Below are positions 15,986 to 31,032 of a stretch of DNA of 64,000 nt, piece by piece (within the stretch, counting starts at the first letter, position 1; every line of letters starts with the position of its first letter). The translations under genes and the position numbers were made by a program. The notes under the pieces were generated by a model. The model had not been told where the DNA came from. It searched no databases and saw only the letters and a list, made by a program, of their open reading frames with translations. Location: NCBI RefSeq assembly GCF_009914755.1, contig NC_060933.1, one strand, 5' to 3'. This stretch comes from the human T2T-CHM13v2.0 reference genome, Homo sapiens.

Positions 15986-17644
15986 CTACACAAAAGTATA
16001 AACAAGAAAGACATCAATGAACCAAGTTCTATGCGTTGGAAGAAAACCTATCAATCCAGGTAGCCAACTCAAAACCTCACCAAAAAACTGACAAACTTCC
16101 AGAAATATTACCTCCCAGGAGAAATGTTATAATTCCAATGTACTGCCTAGACTCAACTCAGAACACCCAAATGTACACATAACTACCATTTCCTTCAAGT
16201 AACTAAAAAGTATGGAGAAATATTCATTCATGGGCAAATATACAAGTAAAAGCTAAAACTAAGGGTATTTCACTTGCAAGTGGTTGAGTTTTTCATAAAT
16301 AACATGCAGTTATCCCCTCACTTCATCCTGCAAATGAACCCAAAGAAATAGTCCACCTTTATTGATGGTTTTCAGCTAAAATGAGACAAGTTAGATTTCA
16401 ATCATCTGTTAGTGGCATTCCCAAAAGAATTCAAAGCCATCTACAAAGGGTCAGGGAATGGTGGGGTAGAGAAAAAGATGGAGCACTTCAGAAGTAACCT
16501 AATGAAAACTGACCTGTTAGGTGAATTAACCCAGGGAAGGATAAATCAGGAAACAAAATAAGGCATAACTCCCCTTTGGTCTTGTCTCTCTGTGTTCCTC
16601 ATTTTGTTCCGTAAACCCACTATAACGTATAGACTTCAGGATTCAGATTCAGTCTGCACTGAATGTGAGTTAAATCAGAGAAGGTTATATCTACCCACAT
16701 CACATACTGCCAATTAGGACAATATTGGTGTTGATTGATGTAAGGCCTTGAAGTAAACAGTAAAGACTTGAATACCCAAAGAATTCTACAATCCTCCAAG
16801 TTTAACCTCAAATTATTGTCTGCTCCCCACTCACCCAGTTCACTTGGAGATGCTTTTACAAATCAAATGTGTATGAGCTTGTCAGAGACTGTTCTCTTTG
16901 GCCAAACCTCAGTTTATTCATAGCACCCCAAGATTTTCAGCTGTTTTGTTGCTACCCCAAAACTGAAAGGCAGATATTGGTAATCAAGCCTTTGCTAAAA
17001 GAACTGGGCTGCTGCCTTGTCAACTCGTTTTACAATTTCACTCAGATTCTGTAAAGCACCTGGTCCCAACCAAGCACGTGTCACACCTCTGATAACACAA
17101 TATACAGATGTCACTCACCTCTGTGTTTTCAAAAGGCAAATTCCATCTCCAACCTAGGATTTCCCAGGCTGCCCCTAAAGATATGGTTTATATGTGTATA
17201 AACAGAAATTAAATGTGAGGTTTTATGTGAGTGAGGAAAAAGCAGACAGTCAGGAATGGTTCTCCTGCCGAACATAAATAATGTTTGTTTAAGCAGAATG
17301 CTTAGGAGAGCCTGAGAGACTGCATGATCAACATTCAGACCAGAAAGCAGAAAGCCTGGGAAACCTGCCTCCCTCTCCGGAACTTCATGATGGCCAGGGT
17401 GGCTATCGTTAGAATGTTACGTTACAAATCCTGTGAAGCATAGTAGACAAGCTGTGAACAACTTAGTTACCAGGTGAGCAAGTTGAGGAAATGTCTAGTG
17501 GTGAAGCCCAGGAGTGTAGTGATAAAGCTTGGTTTTCTTCTCCTAAGCCCTGATCATCATTTTTTAAATAACAGTAGAAGGGCCAGGAAATGGCTTGGCT
17601 GAGGCTAGTGAAGAATGGCAAAATTGTTCTTCAGTCACCCATCT

Positions 17645-17871
17645 ACAGACAATCCCTGAATTACGATGGTTTGACTTACAATTTCTCAACTTTACACAAT
17701 GGTGCCAAAACAATACACGTTCAGTATACTTCTTCACTGACAGTGGGGCTATGTCCAAATAAACTCGTCATAAATTTAAAATACTCTAAGTCAGAAACAC
17801 ACTTTTCATTTCTGATATTTTTGACTTATAATAGGTTTATCAAGACATAACTTGATTATTGAGGAACATCT
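17645..17871. mobile_element. MER47/Tigger5-like DNA transposon
   Basis: Ends tacagacaatccc / gaggaacatctg; internal ttacgatggtttgacttac motifs. Confidence 0.7.
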
Positions 17872-18855
17872 GGGTTCTGTCTCATGGCTGGAGGTCAGCA
17901 TGTCTCAGTGCCAGAGCACAGGGCAGGTGCCAGCTCCATGGACTCCTGAGCTGAGTTTCTTCAGCCTGCACACGCCCCTCCCTACTACAGTGAAGAGATT
18001 CAAGGTAACCCCCTAAAAGCAGGCCCCCATGACCTGAATCCTCCACACTCTTTGCACAGTGAGGGTTTGCCTTCGTACTTGGCCAAGTATGAAGCAGGGA
18101 TGGAAAACAACCAAAGTCCTCATCTAGCCCTGGTGGTCCTCGCTCAACCCTTCCCAGATGAGTGTCCATCCCTTCTCATCTCATCTTCTTCTCCCTGATT
18201 TCTTTTTCCATGACATACCTTTCCTTTTCCTCAGAGTTTAACACACTTTGCTAAGCACCAACTCTGGGCTCCAAGGACACAGGGATGAGAGCCTAGTCCC
18301 TGCTATCAGGGAGCTCACAGTCTAATTGGGAAACAGACACATCCCACAGCAAATGACAGTGTGTCCTACCACAGTTATGAAGTCCAGGTTCTGAGGAATC
18401 TCCAGCTCTTCTCCCTCATTTGGCCCCTTCCACAGTCAGCACCCAGTGATTGCTCTATTTATTCGTAATCTTCTCTCATTGAGGCATTTGCAAAGGTCTT
18501 CTAACTGGATTATTTAAATCTACTCTGGTCTCTACCAATCCACTTTCCACACAACAGCTAAAACTATTGTTATATTGCCTATAAAACTTCAGTATAAACT
18601 GATATATATGTATAAAATTAACTTAAATCTGTACTCTTGGGGCAGTTAGATAACATTTAAAACACCCAATCATAAATCCACCCTCCAGAAGTGGCCATCC
18701 GAAGTATTTCAAATATTATTATCTAAATCTGCACTAGAAAGTTCATTAATTATACAAAGTTTATTAGTCACACAGTAGTAAAATACGCTGTGTTTGAGGA
18801 CTGGAGAGAAGAAACGAACATGACTACCCTTGTACAGATAATCTGAGAATCCAGC

Positions 18856-19232
18856 TACTATCGTTTGAACGTGCCCCTACTCACTCCAAAATTCAGCTGT
18901 TGACAATGTGGTGGTATTAAGAGGTGAGGCTTTTGAGAGGCAATGAGGTCATGAGGGCTCCTCCTCTCATGAAGGGGGTTAAGCTCCCTAAAGAGACTTC
19001 ACAGAGGGAGTCCATTTCCTTTCTGCCCTTCTACCTTCTGTCATGTGAGGACACAGCATTCCTCCCTTCTGGAGGATGCAGCATCAAAGGCGCCATCTTG
19101 GAAGCAGAGAACAGTCCTCACTGGCACCTTGATCTTGAACTTTCCAGCCTCCAAAACTGTGAGAAATAAATGTCTGCTCTTTATAAACTACCCAGTCCGT
19201 GGTACTCCTGAGAGCACAAATCAACTAAAACA
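18856..19232 (+). mobile_element. MaLR solo LTR (MSTD/MLT1A-like)
   Basis: gtattaagaggtgaggc...gccatcttggaagcagag...cttgaactttccagcctccaaaactgtgagaaataaat. Confidence 0.85.
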
Positions 19233-20779
19233 CCAGCAAACCCAGTAGCCTGATGATCCAAGTCTAGTGTTGTCTTTGGTTCTATGTGCCCAACTCTGTT
19301 TGCCTGGTCTGAAGAGGGAAGTTTTTGGCTAATCTTACTTTAGGAACATTCACTTTAGAGTAACTAACCATTTATCAGGGTGCCTAGGGTTGGACAATAA
19401 GACTTATTCAAGTTCAGGGAGCAGGTTACACAAGTACTTTGGACCAGTTTGCTAGCATTTATGCCCATGCCAGAATTTGGACTGAGACTTGTTTTCATTG
19501 TAACACACCACCTCAGGTACTGAGACTGTGTGGGTGGAGACGCAGCCTCAGCCTCTCATGGATGGGAGCTACCCATCTTCACCATGATAACTTGGGAACT
19601 GCTGATCAACAAAAATGGCTTAAATCAGTTCATAAAAGACCTTCCCAAAACACGGTTTGAATGTTATCAGTCCTGTGCTTTAAAATCTTTATACCTTCCC
19701 ACTGTAGTTAGGACTGAACTCCTTAAAATATCCTGAAGCACCTTACAACAGCCCAGCCTCATTTCTGGCCACTCTCTCTGGGTGGCTGGCCTCAGTTCCA
19801 TGAAGGCCCCATTCTCCTTCCACTCTCCACCTTCTCATGAGCCATGGAATAGCAACCACCACACCCACAACCATCCACTCTTGTTAAATCAGGGCAGGGC
19901 AAATATGGAGGCTACAAAATCCATGTTACATAAAGTCTTTAAATATTGACCAATTATCCAATTCTTTTCCCCACCGCCTTGCAGCAAAGGCAGAGAGCTG
20001 GGCCCCTCCATCTTTGATAGCCTTTAGAGTTGGATGCTGCCTGAGATCCAGAGTCACCATCAAGGGTACAGAATCCTATCTTCACAAAGCTACCTGCCCC
20101 CCTCACCTCTCCTCCATTTCCCCATGGCACACTTCCAGGGCACACTAATTTCAGGGCCAGGTCTGGATTTGTGGTGGAAACATAAAATTATATTATTTAT
20201 TGTATAATTATTTACAACCTCTCTTCTTCTAATTGATCTTTTGTCTTGCTGAAAAACTGATCTTTTGTTTTGCTGAAAAAATGATGGGTGGGAATACAAA
20301 AGAAAGTGACCAAGAGAAGACTAAATTGTATGACATGATAAAGGATGAAGAAATCCTAAGGGACAAGATCTGGCTAATTGGCTGGAGAGGCCTGGGATGA
20401 GGAGACACAGGAGAAAAGGGAAGGAAGGGAAAGAAAAGGGAGGCAGGTCACATTTCAGCTGATATTCACAATCTCAGGAAGCTATTCCCACTGCCTGAGC
20501 TAACTCCCATCCTCCCTTCTCCCTCAAAGCACACAGCACAGCTACTATTACTTATCCAACCCTGGTGCTGGTAACCTTGACTTTAGAAAACCCTTCCTCG
20601 AGGATGTCAGAAAAGACCCCTTTCTCCCTAAAGGCTGTGGGACAGAAAAGGGAAACAGAGGAAAGGCTTTCAGAAATCAAGGATGTTGCAATCACTTCTC
20701 AGGGACCATGGCAGGAAGCAGAAGTGCAAGACCTTCTTCACTGCAGGTTCTCCTCAAATCCCCACCATACCTCAATTCC

Positions 20780-21690
20780 CAGAAGCAGCTTGTAGCGATC
20801 CCACCCTCATCCTTCTCCATGGATGATAGTTCTGTCCTTTCAGTCACTTAAACCCAAAATTGTGGCATCGTGCTCAGTCCTCTTATTCCCAGCTCACATC
20901 CAATCAGCAACTTCATGTGGCCCGCCTTTGAAACACATGCAGAACGTGACACTTTTCTCATGGCCCCCACTTCTCCCCACCAGGTGTGAGCCTGCATTGC
21001 CTTCTATGGAATAAGCCTTCTACTAGGCCTTGCTTCTACCTGTGCTCCCCTACAGCCGGTGCTCCCCTACAGCATGTGCTCCCCTCCATAAGCAATCAGG
21101 GTGACCACAGTGATGATTTTCACAGACACCAGATCTTGGCACTTCTCAGGTCCAAGCTTGATGTTGGCACCCCTCAGAATATGAGCCAAATTCCTGGCAA
21201 TAGCCTGTGAGGTGCTCACTGGCCTCCTCACTGCTCTCTGAACACAGCTAGACAGAAACATGCCCACCTTAGGGCCTGTGCTCTAGCTGCTCCCTGACAG
21301 CCACTTGGCTCCTTCTCTCATCTCCTACTTCAGGCCTCACAAATCTCACCTTCTCAATGAGGCCCTTCCTGATTGCTCCATTAACTAAAACCTGTGCCTC
21401 CCAGAACCTGAGCCTCTTCATCCCAATGACCTTTTCCTTGTTGCCTTCTGACATATCAGATCATTAATATGCTTATTATTTAGTATGTGTTATTTTAATT
21501 ATACATTATATAATTGCTCATTATTTATTATGCTTATTTATTATTAATGTTTATCTCCCCCTCACTAGACCATAAGCTCCACAAGAGCAGGATCTGAGTC
21601 TGCTCTGTTAACTGATGTAGGCCCAAACACCCAGAAGAGTGCATGGCACCCAATAGACGTTTTTGGAAAGAATGAATAGGTGTAAGTACA
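20780..21690 (+). mobile_element. L2 3' portion
   Basis: L2 3' end motifs ctagaccataagctccac...gaatgaat. Confidence 0.7.
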
Positions 21691-21695
21691 TATAT

Positions 21696-21800
21696 ATGGA
21701 TGGATAGGTGGATGGATGGGAGGGAGGGACGGAGGCAGGGACGGAGGGAGGGAGGGAGGGAGGGACGGAGGGAGGGAGGGACAGAGGGAGGAACGGAGGG
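21696..21800. repeat. (GGAT)n/(GGAG)n purine microsatellite
   Basis: Directly visible; source of the PPSL-repeat ORFs. Confidence 0.92.
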
Positions 21801-22595
21801 ATGTGGTCAATGCTATGACAAGGCATCCCATCCATCCTGATGACCAGAGCTAAGTCAGCTGCGAGGGTTTGTGGAGGAGGAAGTAGGCAGATCTATGAGG
21901 TGGCGGTTTACATGACAGGACATATGGAGGGAGAAGACAGGGTTCCTGAGTCCCCACCTACCACACAGGGAACTCACTGGACAAGTAGAGAAAATGAACG
22001 CCTGGAAGAAGCTGAAGACCACCTGGGGGCCATCTGGGCAGGCTCCCTGGGAGGTGCCCTGGGACAAGAGAATGTTAGAATGACTGACCCAGGACTCTGA
22101 AAGAGGGGCTGCACAGGGTGGGGAAGGGCACTGTGATAGTCTTAAGTCAGGCAGGTTCCCGGAGCCCACGGGAAACAAAAGTAGGAGTCTCATGGAATCT
22201 TCCTGAGCTTCTTAACCAAGAAGATAAATGCTTCCTAAATACCATCGTTTGGGGTTTTATAAGACAGACTCCAAGATGTGACTATGTGTTACCAAATCAC
22301 AAGACAAAAATATGTTTTTCCTTGGTGTATCCAAAGGAATTGTTTTCTAGAGTGAAGAGAATCCAACCTAAAGTGATTAACTGTTTCAAACCAAGAACTT
22401 AAACACTGAATGATCTCTTCAAATAACCTTCAACTCCTGGCTGTAATCATTCCTTTTTACAGATTAGTCTTATAAATAAACATCGTGTAAAAAACCCCCA
22501 TTGGAATCTAATCAACATTTTTGTATCTGTGTTCCCAGAAGCAATTATTGAATAGATCTGGATGCTAACTCTATATTAGGTACAGTGGAAGATCA

Positions 22596-22599
22596 TACA

Positions 22600-22640
<41 letters not shown>
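22596..22640. repeat. (CA)n microsatellite
   Basis: Directly visible, about 20 units. Confidence 0.97.
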
Positions 22641-22642
<2 letters not shown>

Positions 22643-23349
22643 TTACTGTTCCTAAAGTTTTTTCAACCTATTTCTTAGGTCATACACCTGTAAACTGCAT
22701 GCCCCTTTAAAAGTATTCCAAAATTCATTCTTTTCTCTCAATCTGAATGAAGAGATTATTCTTGCATCTCTCTAGCGCTCCCCTTCTTCCAAGGTACCGT
22801 TCAAAAACTACTGTCCACAAGGTTTGTTTTACAAACCTCATTTCCTCTAATCCCCTGAGCAATCCTGTGAGGACTTTGCCAAGTTGTATGACCTCTCTGA
22901 GCCTCAGTTGCCTGCCTGGAAAGGCAGGAATAACAACAGAGAGGGGTTGCGTGGATTGAATGAGATGGGATGTGCTGGTGCTTTTAGAACTCGAAGGGGC
23001 TTTACGCAAGTGATACTCGCATGAGTCCATTGTCCATCATAAATGAATTTTCCCAGGCCCTCTGTGTCCTGCATTTTGGCTGTACCATAACCTCTCATTT
23101 ATCAAGAAGCCAAATGATCTAAACTGTCAACAACCAGGATATTTTAACACTCAGAGCTGACCCTGAGAAGCTACAGGATCCAATGAGATTTCTGAATCAT
23201 AAAAGATAGATTGAACTACGTGTCTGCATGGCATGTGTATTTTATTGTATTCTAAACTTATTTGAAAAATTTATGATGAGTACTTGGCAGTACTTCTCCA
23301 TGTGTGTTCCAACAGGTTTTACACAATAAAAGGGCTCTCTCGTCAGAGC

Positions 23350-23880
23350 TGAAAAATGTTGCTTCCTCCTGCTCAATGTTCATCCCTCCCTTCCCTGGAA
23401 ACTACACCTCAGTTTTCCTTTGGGGACCCACCCCACCCCTTCAGCCCTCATGCAGTTCATGTAGTTCACACGAGATTGACCCCACACATACACACTGCTC
23501 CGTCCAGGGGTGGACCCCAATTCAAGCCTGGATGATTAGTATCTTCTATTGCTACAATGATCAGCTCAGGGATCAGCATAAAACTCAAGCCCAGCAAGAC
23601 TCAATTCAGGTACTTTTACTGGAACCACTGGGAAGCAAAGGCCCTTTTCTCTCCATTGGGATTACTAGCTAAAAGGATGTTGTAAGGCCTATGTAAGAGG
23701 GCATTGTAGAAGAAAACAAAGCCAAAAGGTGAAGACCAAGACCTCACTGTATCCCTGACACCCCTGGTTCCAGCTATGCCTAAAGTCAACAGAGAAAGCC
23801 CTAGACTGTTCAACTGCCTGAACCAATAAATCCTCTTTTTTGCTTAAGCACTTGTAATTGCAAGAATGCTGATTCATACA
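23350..23880 (+). mobile_element. ERVL LTR (LTR33-like) nested in a MER112-like Charlie element (~23288-24075)
   Basis: LTR 3' end ccaataaatcctcttttttgcttaagc...cataca. Charlie-like sequence resumes at ctgggttatacaaagttaaac and ends ccttgggaaaggct. Confidence 0.6.
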
Positions 23881-25772
23881 CTGGGTTATACAAAGTTAAA
23901 CAAGGTTTCTTTACTATAGGGCTTCACAGAGCCTTCAAAATATTAACATGCATTATGAATCTCCAACAGGGAGATATAATATACAGCACTACTCAAACTT
24001 ATGTGTCCAGTGAATTTTTTTTGTAAGACCATATCATAAGGCTTGTATTCCATAGAAAACACCTTGGGAAAGGCTAATACATATTACCTATAGGTTAACC
24101 GAATATTAAAATACTACAAATCCCTATTCCCTTATTATTCTGGATAAATGAGACAAATGGGAATTCATTTATCCAACACTGTTGATGCATTTTTCCAGAC
24201 TTTAAAAATGTATGTATATAATTTTTTATTCTTTTTTACTAAATTGGGGTCATAAGCACAAACCATGGTATATTTTTCCAGACTTAATAAAACATGTGTG
24301 TATATACAGTCTTTTTTTTATTATTATACTGGGGTCATAATTCCTGAGCTGCTATACTTTTGAGTTCGGCATTTTAAAATATTTTGGGCCTCTAGTCTCA
24401 CTGCCAAGCTATCAGCTGTCACTTTGCTTTGTTTAAATGTGTCTACCTCTAGCAGCAACCTCTAGTGCTCTGCTGTGAGCTAGTAAACAAAATGAAAGAA
24501 ACTCAATGGAATTGTGTGTTTAAAAAACAAAAGTCGGGGACGGGGGCAGTGTGCTGAGAGTAAGAGCCAGGGTAGGGGTATGCACTGAGTAGAGTACCTA
24601 AGTTTCTGTACGTGAAATCTCTGTCGATGTGTCGATGATTTTGGCAATTTAAAAGTCACTTATTTCCAGGTTCCTGCCTTGGTTTTGGACAGCTAAAGTT
24701 TCTAAATAACTGACCTTTGAAGATGGGAATTGTTATACTACTTAGCCAAGAAAAGAACCACTCCAACTTGATAGTAAGCACTGAACTCTGCTTAGGAACT
24801 TTAAAATGAAAAATTCTTTTTTTAAGGCCAGGAGCATTCATAGTCCAAAAATTCCATTTCTTCATAAGTCATCCATTGGCACAGAAGTCAAATTTCAGTC
24901 ATTTTTCAGGCATTTTTTTCTGCCTATAACTCTCAAGTCACTGCCTGTTTAAAGGGTATTTGCGGACTCCCCTGTTTTATGATCTTATAATAAAATAGAT
25001 GGGGATTTGAAGCAACAGGGAGGTAACTAAACTCCCTTGTTGTCGTTGTAAGTATAGCCTTGGCCTTAAGAAGGTAGGCAGAGGCATAGGCAGGCAGGCT
25101 GGCTGGTCTGGGTAACATGAAAATCAGTGTTAGATTCAATCACAGCAGTGGAAACTCTCAAGTCTTTTTATTTGCATCAGGCTGGGTTTGCAGCCACACT
25201 TAGAGGGTTGACAAGGAAAATGCATCAAGATTTCTCATGTAAGTATCTAAGGATCCAGAGGCTTCAAGAACCAGGGCACCTGCAGCCCAGTAGTGTGGCT
25301 GAAAGAAGGGCCTAACCTCGCATTGCCCTGATGCGTTTTCCAGATTCCGGAGCACATGTTCTGGAAGGGTCACGGGCTCCGGGGCTACTGTTGCACCCTC
25401 AAAGTGGGGAGGAGCCAAGTACCTGCTCAGACAGCCATGTGCAATTCTAAACCTGCTCTGCCAAAGAAAACACCCCTGTCTGCCCCAACCCCAGCATTTA
25501 TGCTCAGAAAGGCCTCTGTCTTCCCACTTTGAGGGCTGCTGACCAGATGTGGACCTGGGTGAAGGCAGGGCAGGTCTGAGGAGCCAGGAGGTCATTAATC
25601 CTCAATTAGGACTGTGCACACCCCTGCCTGCTCCACCTACTTCCTCTTGACAACTGCACAGCTAAAAAGCACTTTCAGAGGAAATGGATCCCTCAGTTCA
25701 TCTTCTGGACGAGTCATTTTGGAAAGTGTTTTTGTGCAGATCTCATTGCCCTGGGGCAGTTAGCTCCACTCA

Positions 25773-26069
<297 letters not shown>

Positions 26070-28411
26070 TCATTTCAATTTTAGGGCAATGAGACTATAA
26101 TGAAAAGGCAGTCAGAAGTCACACACAAAAGCCAAACCCTAAGATGGGACAGGCAGTGCTGGCTCCCTCAGCTCAGACCCCAGCCAGGACTGTTGCCCCT
26201 GATGTCAGAATTGGGCTGTGGTGTCTGCTCAGCTGCCCCTGGTCTGCTGATGCTATCTGAGAGGGTGTGGAGGCAGACAGCTGGAGCAGAGGATGGAGGT
26301 GGGAGAGCATAGCCTCAGGGAATGGCCTGGGGTTCAGGGGTTAGCAACCCCTCCCAGGGTTCTCTTCACCTGCACACACCAGTTAGCCTGGTGCTTATTC
26401 TGCTCCAGGTTTGCCCTTCTGCCCAGTCAGAGCCAAAGTCACCCTCCAGGTATGCTTTGCAGTTGAGAAGACTCTGGTAAAAGCCCATGAGCGCTTCACC
26501 CCCTCCAACTGGCTCTAGGCCAGGTCTAGCAACGGGCTGCCTGCCTGTGCTTACTCCTTCCCACTCCTCACTCACATGATACTAAACCACAGCAGAGGAA
26601 TAATGAAATATAAAATGCCATCATGAAGAAAATGGGAGGAATGTCCTCAAAGGACAAGGGATTTCAAGAAACCTGAAGAAGGCAGGTGAATGCTGGAGTG
26701 ATGACTGACAAATGTATAAGAGGAAGCCACAGCCTGGAATGAAGACACGGCCAGGGAGCTGGAGCTGCAGAGAATGGGGTCTATGGACAGAAGCTGGTGG
26801 GGCTCAGGATTTGAAATGACAGGTACCACAGAGGGCAGGGGAGCAAGTGGTGCTATAATCAGGGGCATCACTAACAAGGGACCTATCCTTCCCCATCCTC
26901 CAACCACTGTCCGGCACAAGAGCTTGAAGCCAGGCCAAAAAATGAGGCTCATCTTTAAAGACATTGATTCCTGAGAAAATGCAGCCAGCAGTAGAATGAA
27001 GAGTCCTTTAAGCTGATTTGGTGCTATATTCAGACCTTAATGGGGAGGGGATTGGAAAGTGAATTCCTGATCCCCCCAAAATGAAGGCAAAGTACCAGAA
27101 TCTCCACCCACACAGGTGGCCCCAGTGTAACGTGAACCAAAGGACAAGGCCTACCCTGGTCACCTAGCCTGCTGACAGGATGGCAGACCTGCCCATAGCC
27201 TGAGGTTGTCAGATACCACCATCTTAAGAGGACTGCATGCCCAGCAGACGCCCCTGGGCACCGTACCCTAAACCAGCAGACCACTTCCAGCCAGCCCAGG
27301 GCTCCACACAAAGCCCACTCTTACCAGCCAATCAACCTCACTAGAGAATGTCCTTTCCTCTGATAGACTAGAATTCACCATCTTTCAGCTGTAAAAGTTC
27401 GACTCTCATTTTCTGCCCCAGAACCTCATCCCCAAGAACCTACTCAATCCTGCATTGAAACAGCCTTCCTGCATAGCCATAACACTTTTTTCCCTTCTGT
27501 TCTATTATATTAATATCTTTGACCTCTAGTCATTTTTATTTAATGGCACACCTAAAGTTTTGGGAACCCTGGGCTAGGGTAGGTGATTAAGCTCCCAATT
27601 CATTCTCGTAAGTGGAAGATATGCAGTATAAGCATGTGCACACATTTTTGAGAGAAGACAACATGTTTGAAGGTTTCCCGTTGTCAGATTTGTTGAATCA
27701 GATCATACCAGGTACAGGGCAGTGTGTGCACATGTGTGTGCCTGTCCTTTCATCACAGAGCCTTTTACCAGCAAACTCAATATGGAAGCCCAACACACAG
27801 ACCTGCTAAAGAGGTGCATGAATTAGAACTGAGAAGGAAACCAGTGCCCCATCTGCTCAGCTCCGCTTTCCTCCTCGTGGCCCAGTTGCTTTCTCAAACC
27901 AGATTTCCAGGAAACATAGTTAGCAACCCTGACACAAAACAACTAAAGAGTAATTCACCTGTATGAGGAAAATACACATATATTTTATTTTGTAAAATAT
28001 GTTAAATAAAAAATGAGCAGTTATCCTTACCTGCACACTTGTAAACACTGACTGATGAAATCATAAGTAGATTCAGCCAGTCCCAATTCAGCAATTGTCT
28101 TCCTCATCCTCATCTACATTTAATGAGAGTTAACTGTGAGTCAGGACTAAGTGACTGACATATACACTATCATTCAATCCAAACAGCAAAACCATGAGGC
28201 CAGGATTGCTATTATCCACATTTTCACATGTTGAAGAATTTGACCAAGCTCTCATAGCTTGTGGTGTCAAGGGCCAAGGTGCAAAGCCAGGTCTGGACTC
28301 CAAAAACCTTGCATGCTCTTCACTAACATGAAGAGGCCCCAGATAGGCACTTTGTATTTTTTCTGTATTTTCTAAGTGTTTTATTTGTATTAATCACTTT
28401 CATAATATTAA

Positions 28412-28757
<346 letters not shown>

Positions 28758-30634
28758 AGAGTTGGTTTCTTAAGACCAAGAAGAACAGGCAAGGCAGGGA
28801 TGCCCTAGGGTGGCCTCTCCAGCCTGGGGTCACCATGAAGATGGCCTCATTACAAAGGCAAAGCTCAGACAAAATTCTTCACTCCAACAGGGTCTGTGCT
28901 CCTCAGTCAGCCAGGTCAATCCCATCCTTCAGCTTCTTCCCTTCCTGTCAATTGATAAAATTAGGAAAGCTTATTAGCCTTGATGTTACCAAACACTGTC
29001 ATATAATTATACTGAGAGGAGAGAAATCTGCCAAAACAAAGCATGTCTAAAGTTGATGAATCAGCACATAGCAGTATATGCATATTATTTAGGAATGTGA
29101 ATAGAAGTATTAGCAAAATAGATAATTTAAAACTGTTCTCTCTGGGGAAATATCAATGGGGGAAGGCTAAGCAGCTGGGACATAAGAGATTGCTGTATTT
29201 TTACAAGCATTTTAGCACTATTTGGCTTTTCAAATGAAGTGCCAATATTTTTTTGATTTGTTAAAAAAAAAAAAGTAGTAATAATAAAACCTACCCTTCT
29301 TAGTGTAATCCTTTAGCTTAATGAACTCCAGTAGGCTCAGACAGAAGGTGGTTTGATGTGGTTTGTGGAGCCAGGAGATCTGAGACACAGAAGATGGGAG
29401 GCGCCTGGTGTTGTGGAAGAGCCATGGGTCAGAAAACCTGGATTCTGACCTTGGCTCTGCTGCTCCGTGCTGTATGGCCTTGGGAAAGGTGCTTAACCAC
29501 TCTGAGCCTTTCTACCCCTAAGGGCAGGCACTCAGACCCCATACAAACCAATGAGAGGATTAAATAACATAGATCCCAACCCAACAATGAAAACAAAGCT
29601 CATGGTGAGGATGCAAGGTGTGGGGACCTGCGAAGCCTGGGTCAGGTGGGTGAGAGCCATGGAAAGACAGAGCCCTAGATAGAAAGGAACAGGCCCCTGG
29701 TCCCTCCACCAGGCCCTGAGCCCAAGCCCAAGGCTTTAGACATGAGCTGAACTCCCCCCACCTTCTCCATGCTACTCCCAAGTTCCCTGAGACCATGGAG
29801 TACATTTCAGGATTCTGTGAACTCGAGAGAGGCAAGTGTCCCAGACTTAAGTCTACGTCCCTCTGTGAGGCTCACCCAGACCCATGAGCTCACCTAACTG
29901 GCACAAAGTCTTTCCTCAATTCTGCCCAGTTAAAAAAAAAAATCTGCAAGTTAATTGGCTGTATCGGACCCTCTTTAACAAAGTCCCTCCTCAATTTTGC
30001 TCAGTTAAAAAAATATAAATAAGATAACTTTAAATTACTTGGCCTTAGAAACAAACGTGGTAAAAACCTTAGGCTCAGGAGAGAAACTCCAGGGCGGAAT
30101 GTGGCTCACCACTATGTTAAACTTTGTCACAGGTCTGGTCACAGCTGTCATTTTAGGACCAGCACATCCAGGCTCTCCAGAAACCAGGCCAGCCTGGGGA
30201 AATTTCTTCCAGGCTCTGAGCATTTAGAAGAGCCCACAGCTTTTGCTCACAGCTCAAGGACCAGGCGTCGACTGCCTGGTTGCCAAGGGTGCTTTTTCTC
30301 CCTCCTCTCCCTGGAATCATAGCCTGTACCAGCTTGGGGTTGGGGAGAGGTCTGGTAGGTTCATGCATCACTGCCTCCCTCTTTCTTTCCCTCCATCACC
30401 TGTGACTAAAGAGATCCACACCCCATCGAACAGCACTATTCTTGCTGGTATGTCATGCAGTGAAGAGGTAGAAGGATGCTTTGTGAAGCAGCCCTGCACA
30501 GAGAGAACCCAAAACAAGACTCCAGACCAGGCCCAAGGCACCTCCACCAATACTGATACACAATGGGGGTGCTAGTATAAAATCTCCCAAAGGTCCCAAG
30601 CAATACGGACTACTCTCTGCATAGCCAGCCTACA

Positions 30635-31032
30635 GATTCATTCCCCCCAAAATAAAATTTATTCTTTGGCGCTTCATACTTGGCAAGGGTTAATCATTAT
30701 GTCAGTTCATACAATGATTAAATTAATAAAATACATCTGGATCAGAGAAACCCTCACAGACCAACTTTGATTCCATAAGCACAAAGTAAAGGACCTGAAA
30801 CGGGGTGGGGATGCAGTAAAGGAGAAGGTAAGGGGAGTTAATTAGCCGGTGATTAAATGTCATTTTCCCTGAGTCAAGTGATTCTCATTTTATTCAAGTG
30901 CTCTGGAAGTGGTGAAGGTTTTTTGTTTTTTGTTTTTTGTCATTTTAGGGAATTCTTTTTTGTCCAACAAATAATTCTCAGTTGTCTGCTTTTAAAAGTA
31001 CTGTGTAATTTCTAAATTACTATTTTTCAAAA
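30635..31032 (-). other. SAXO1: SAXO1 3'UTR with two AATAAA signals (end approximate)
   Basis: Minus-strand AATAAA at 30894-30889 and 30663-30658 downstream of the stop codon. Confidence 0.65.

Noticed and set aside
21565-21835. PPSL-repeat proteins
   Set aside because: Translation of the (GGAG)n microsatellite.
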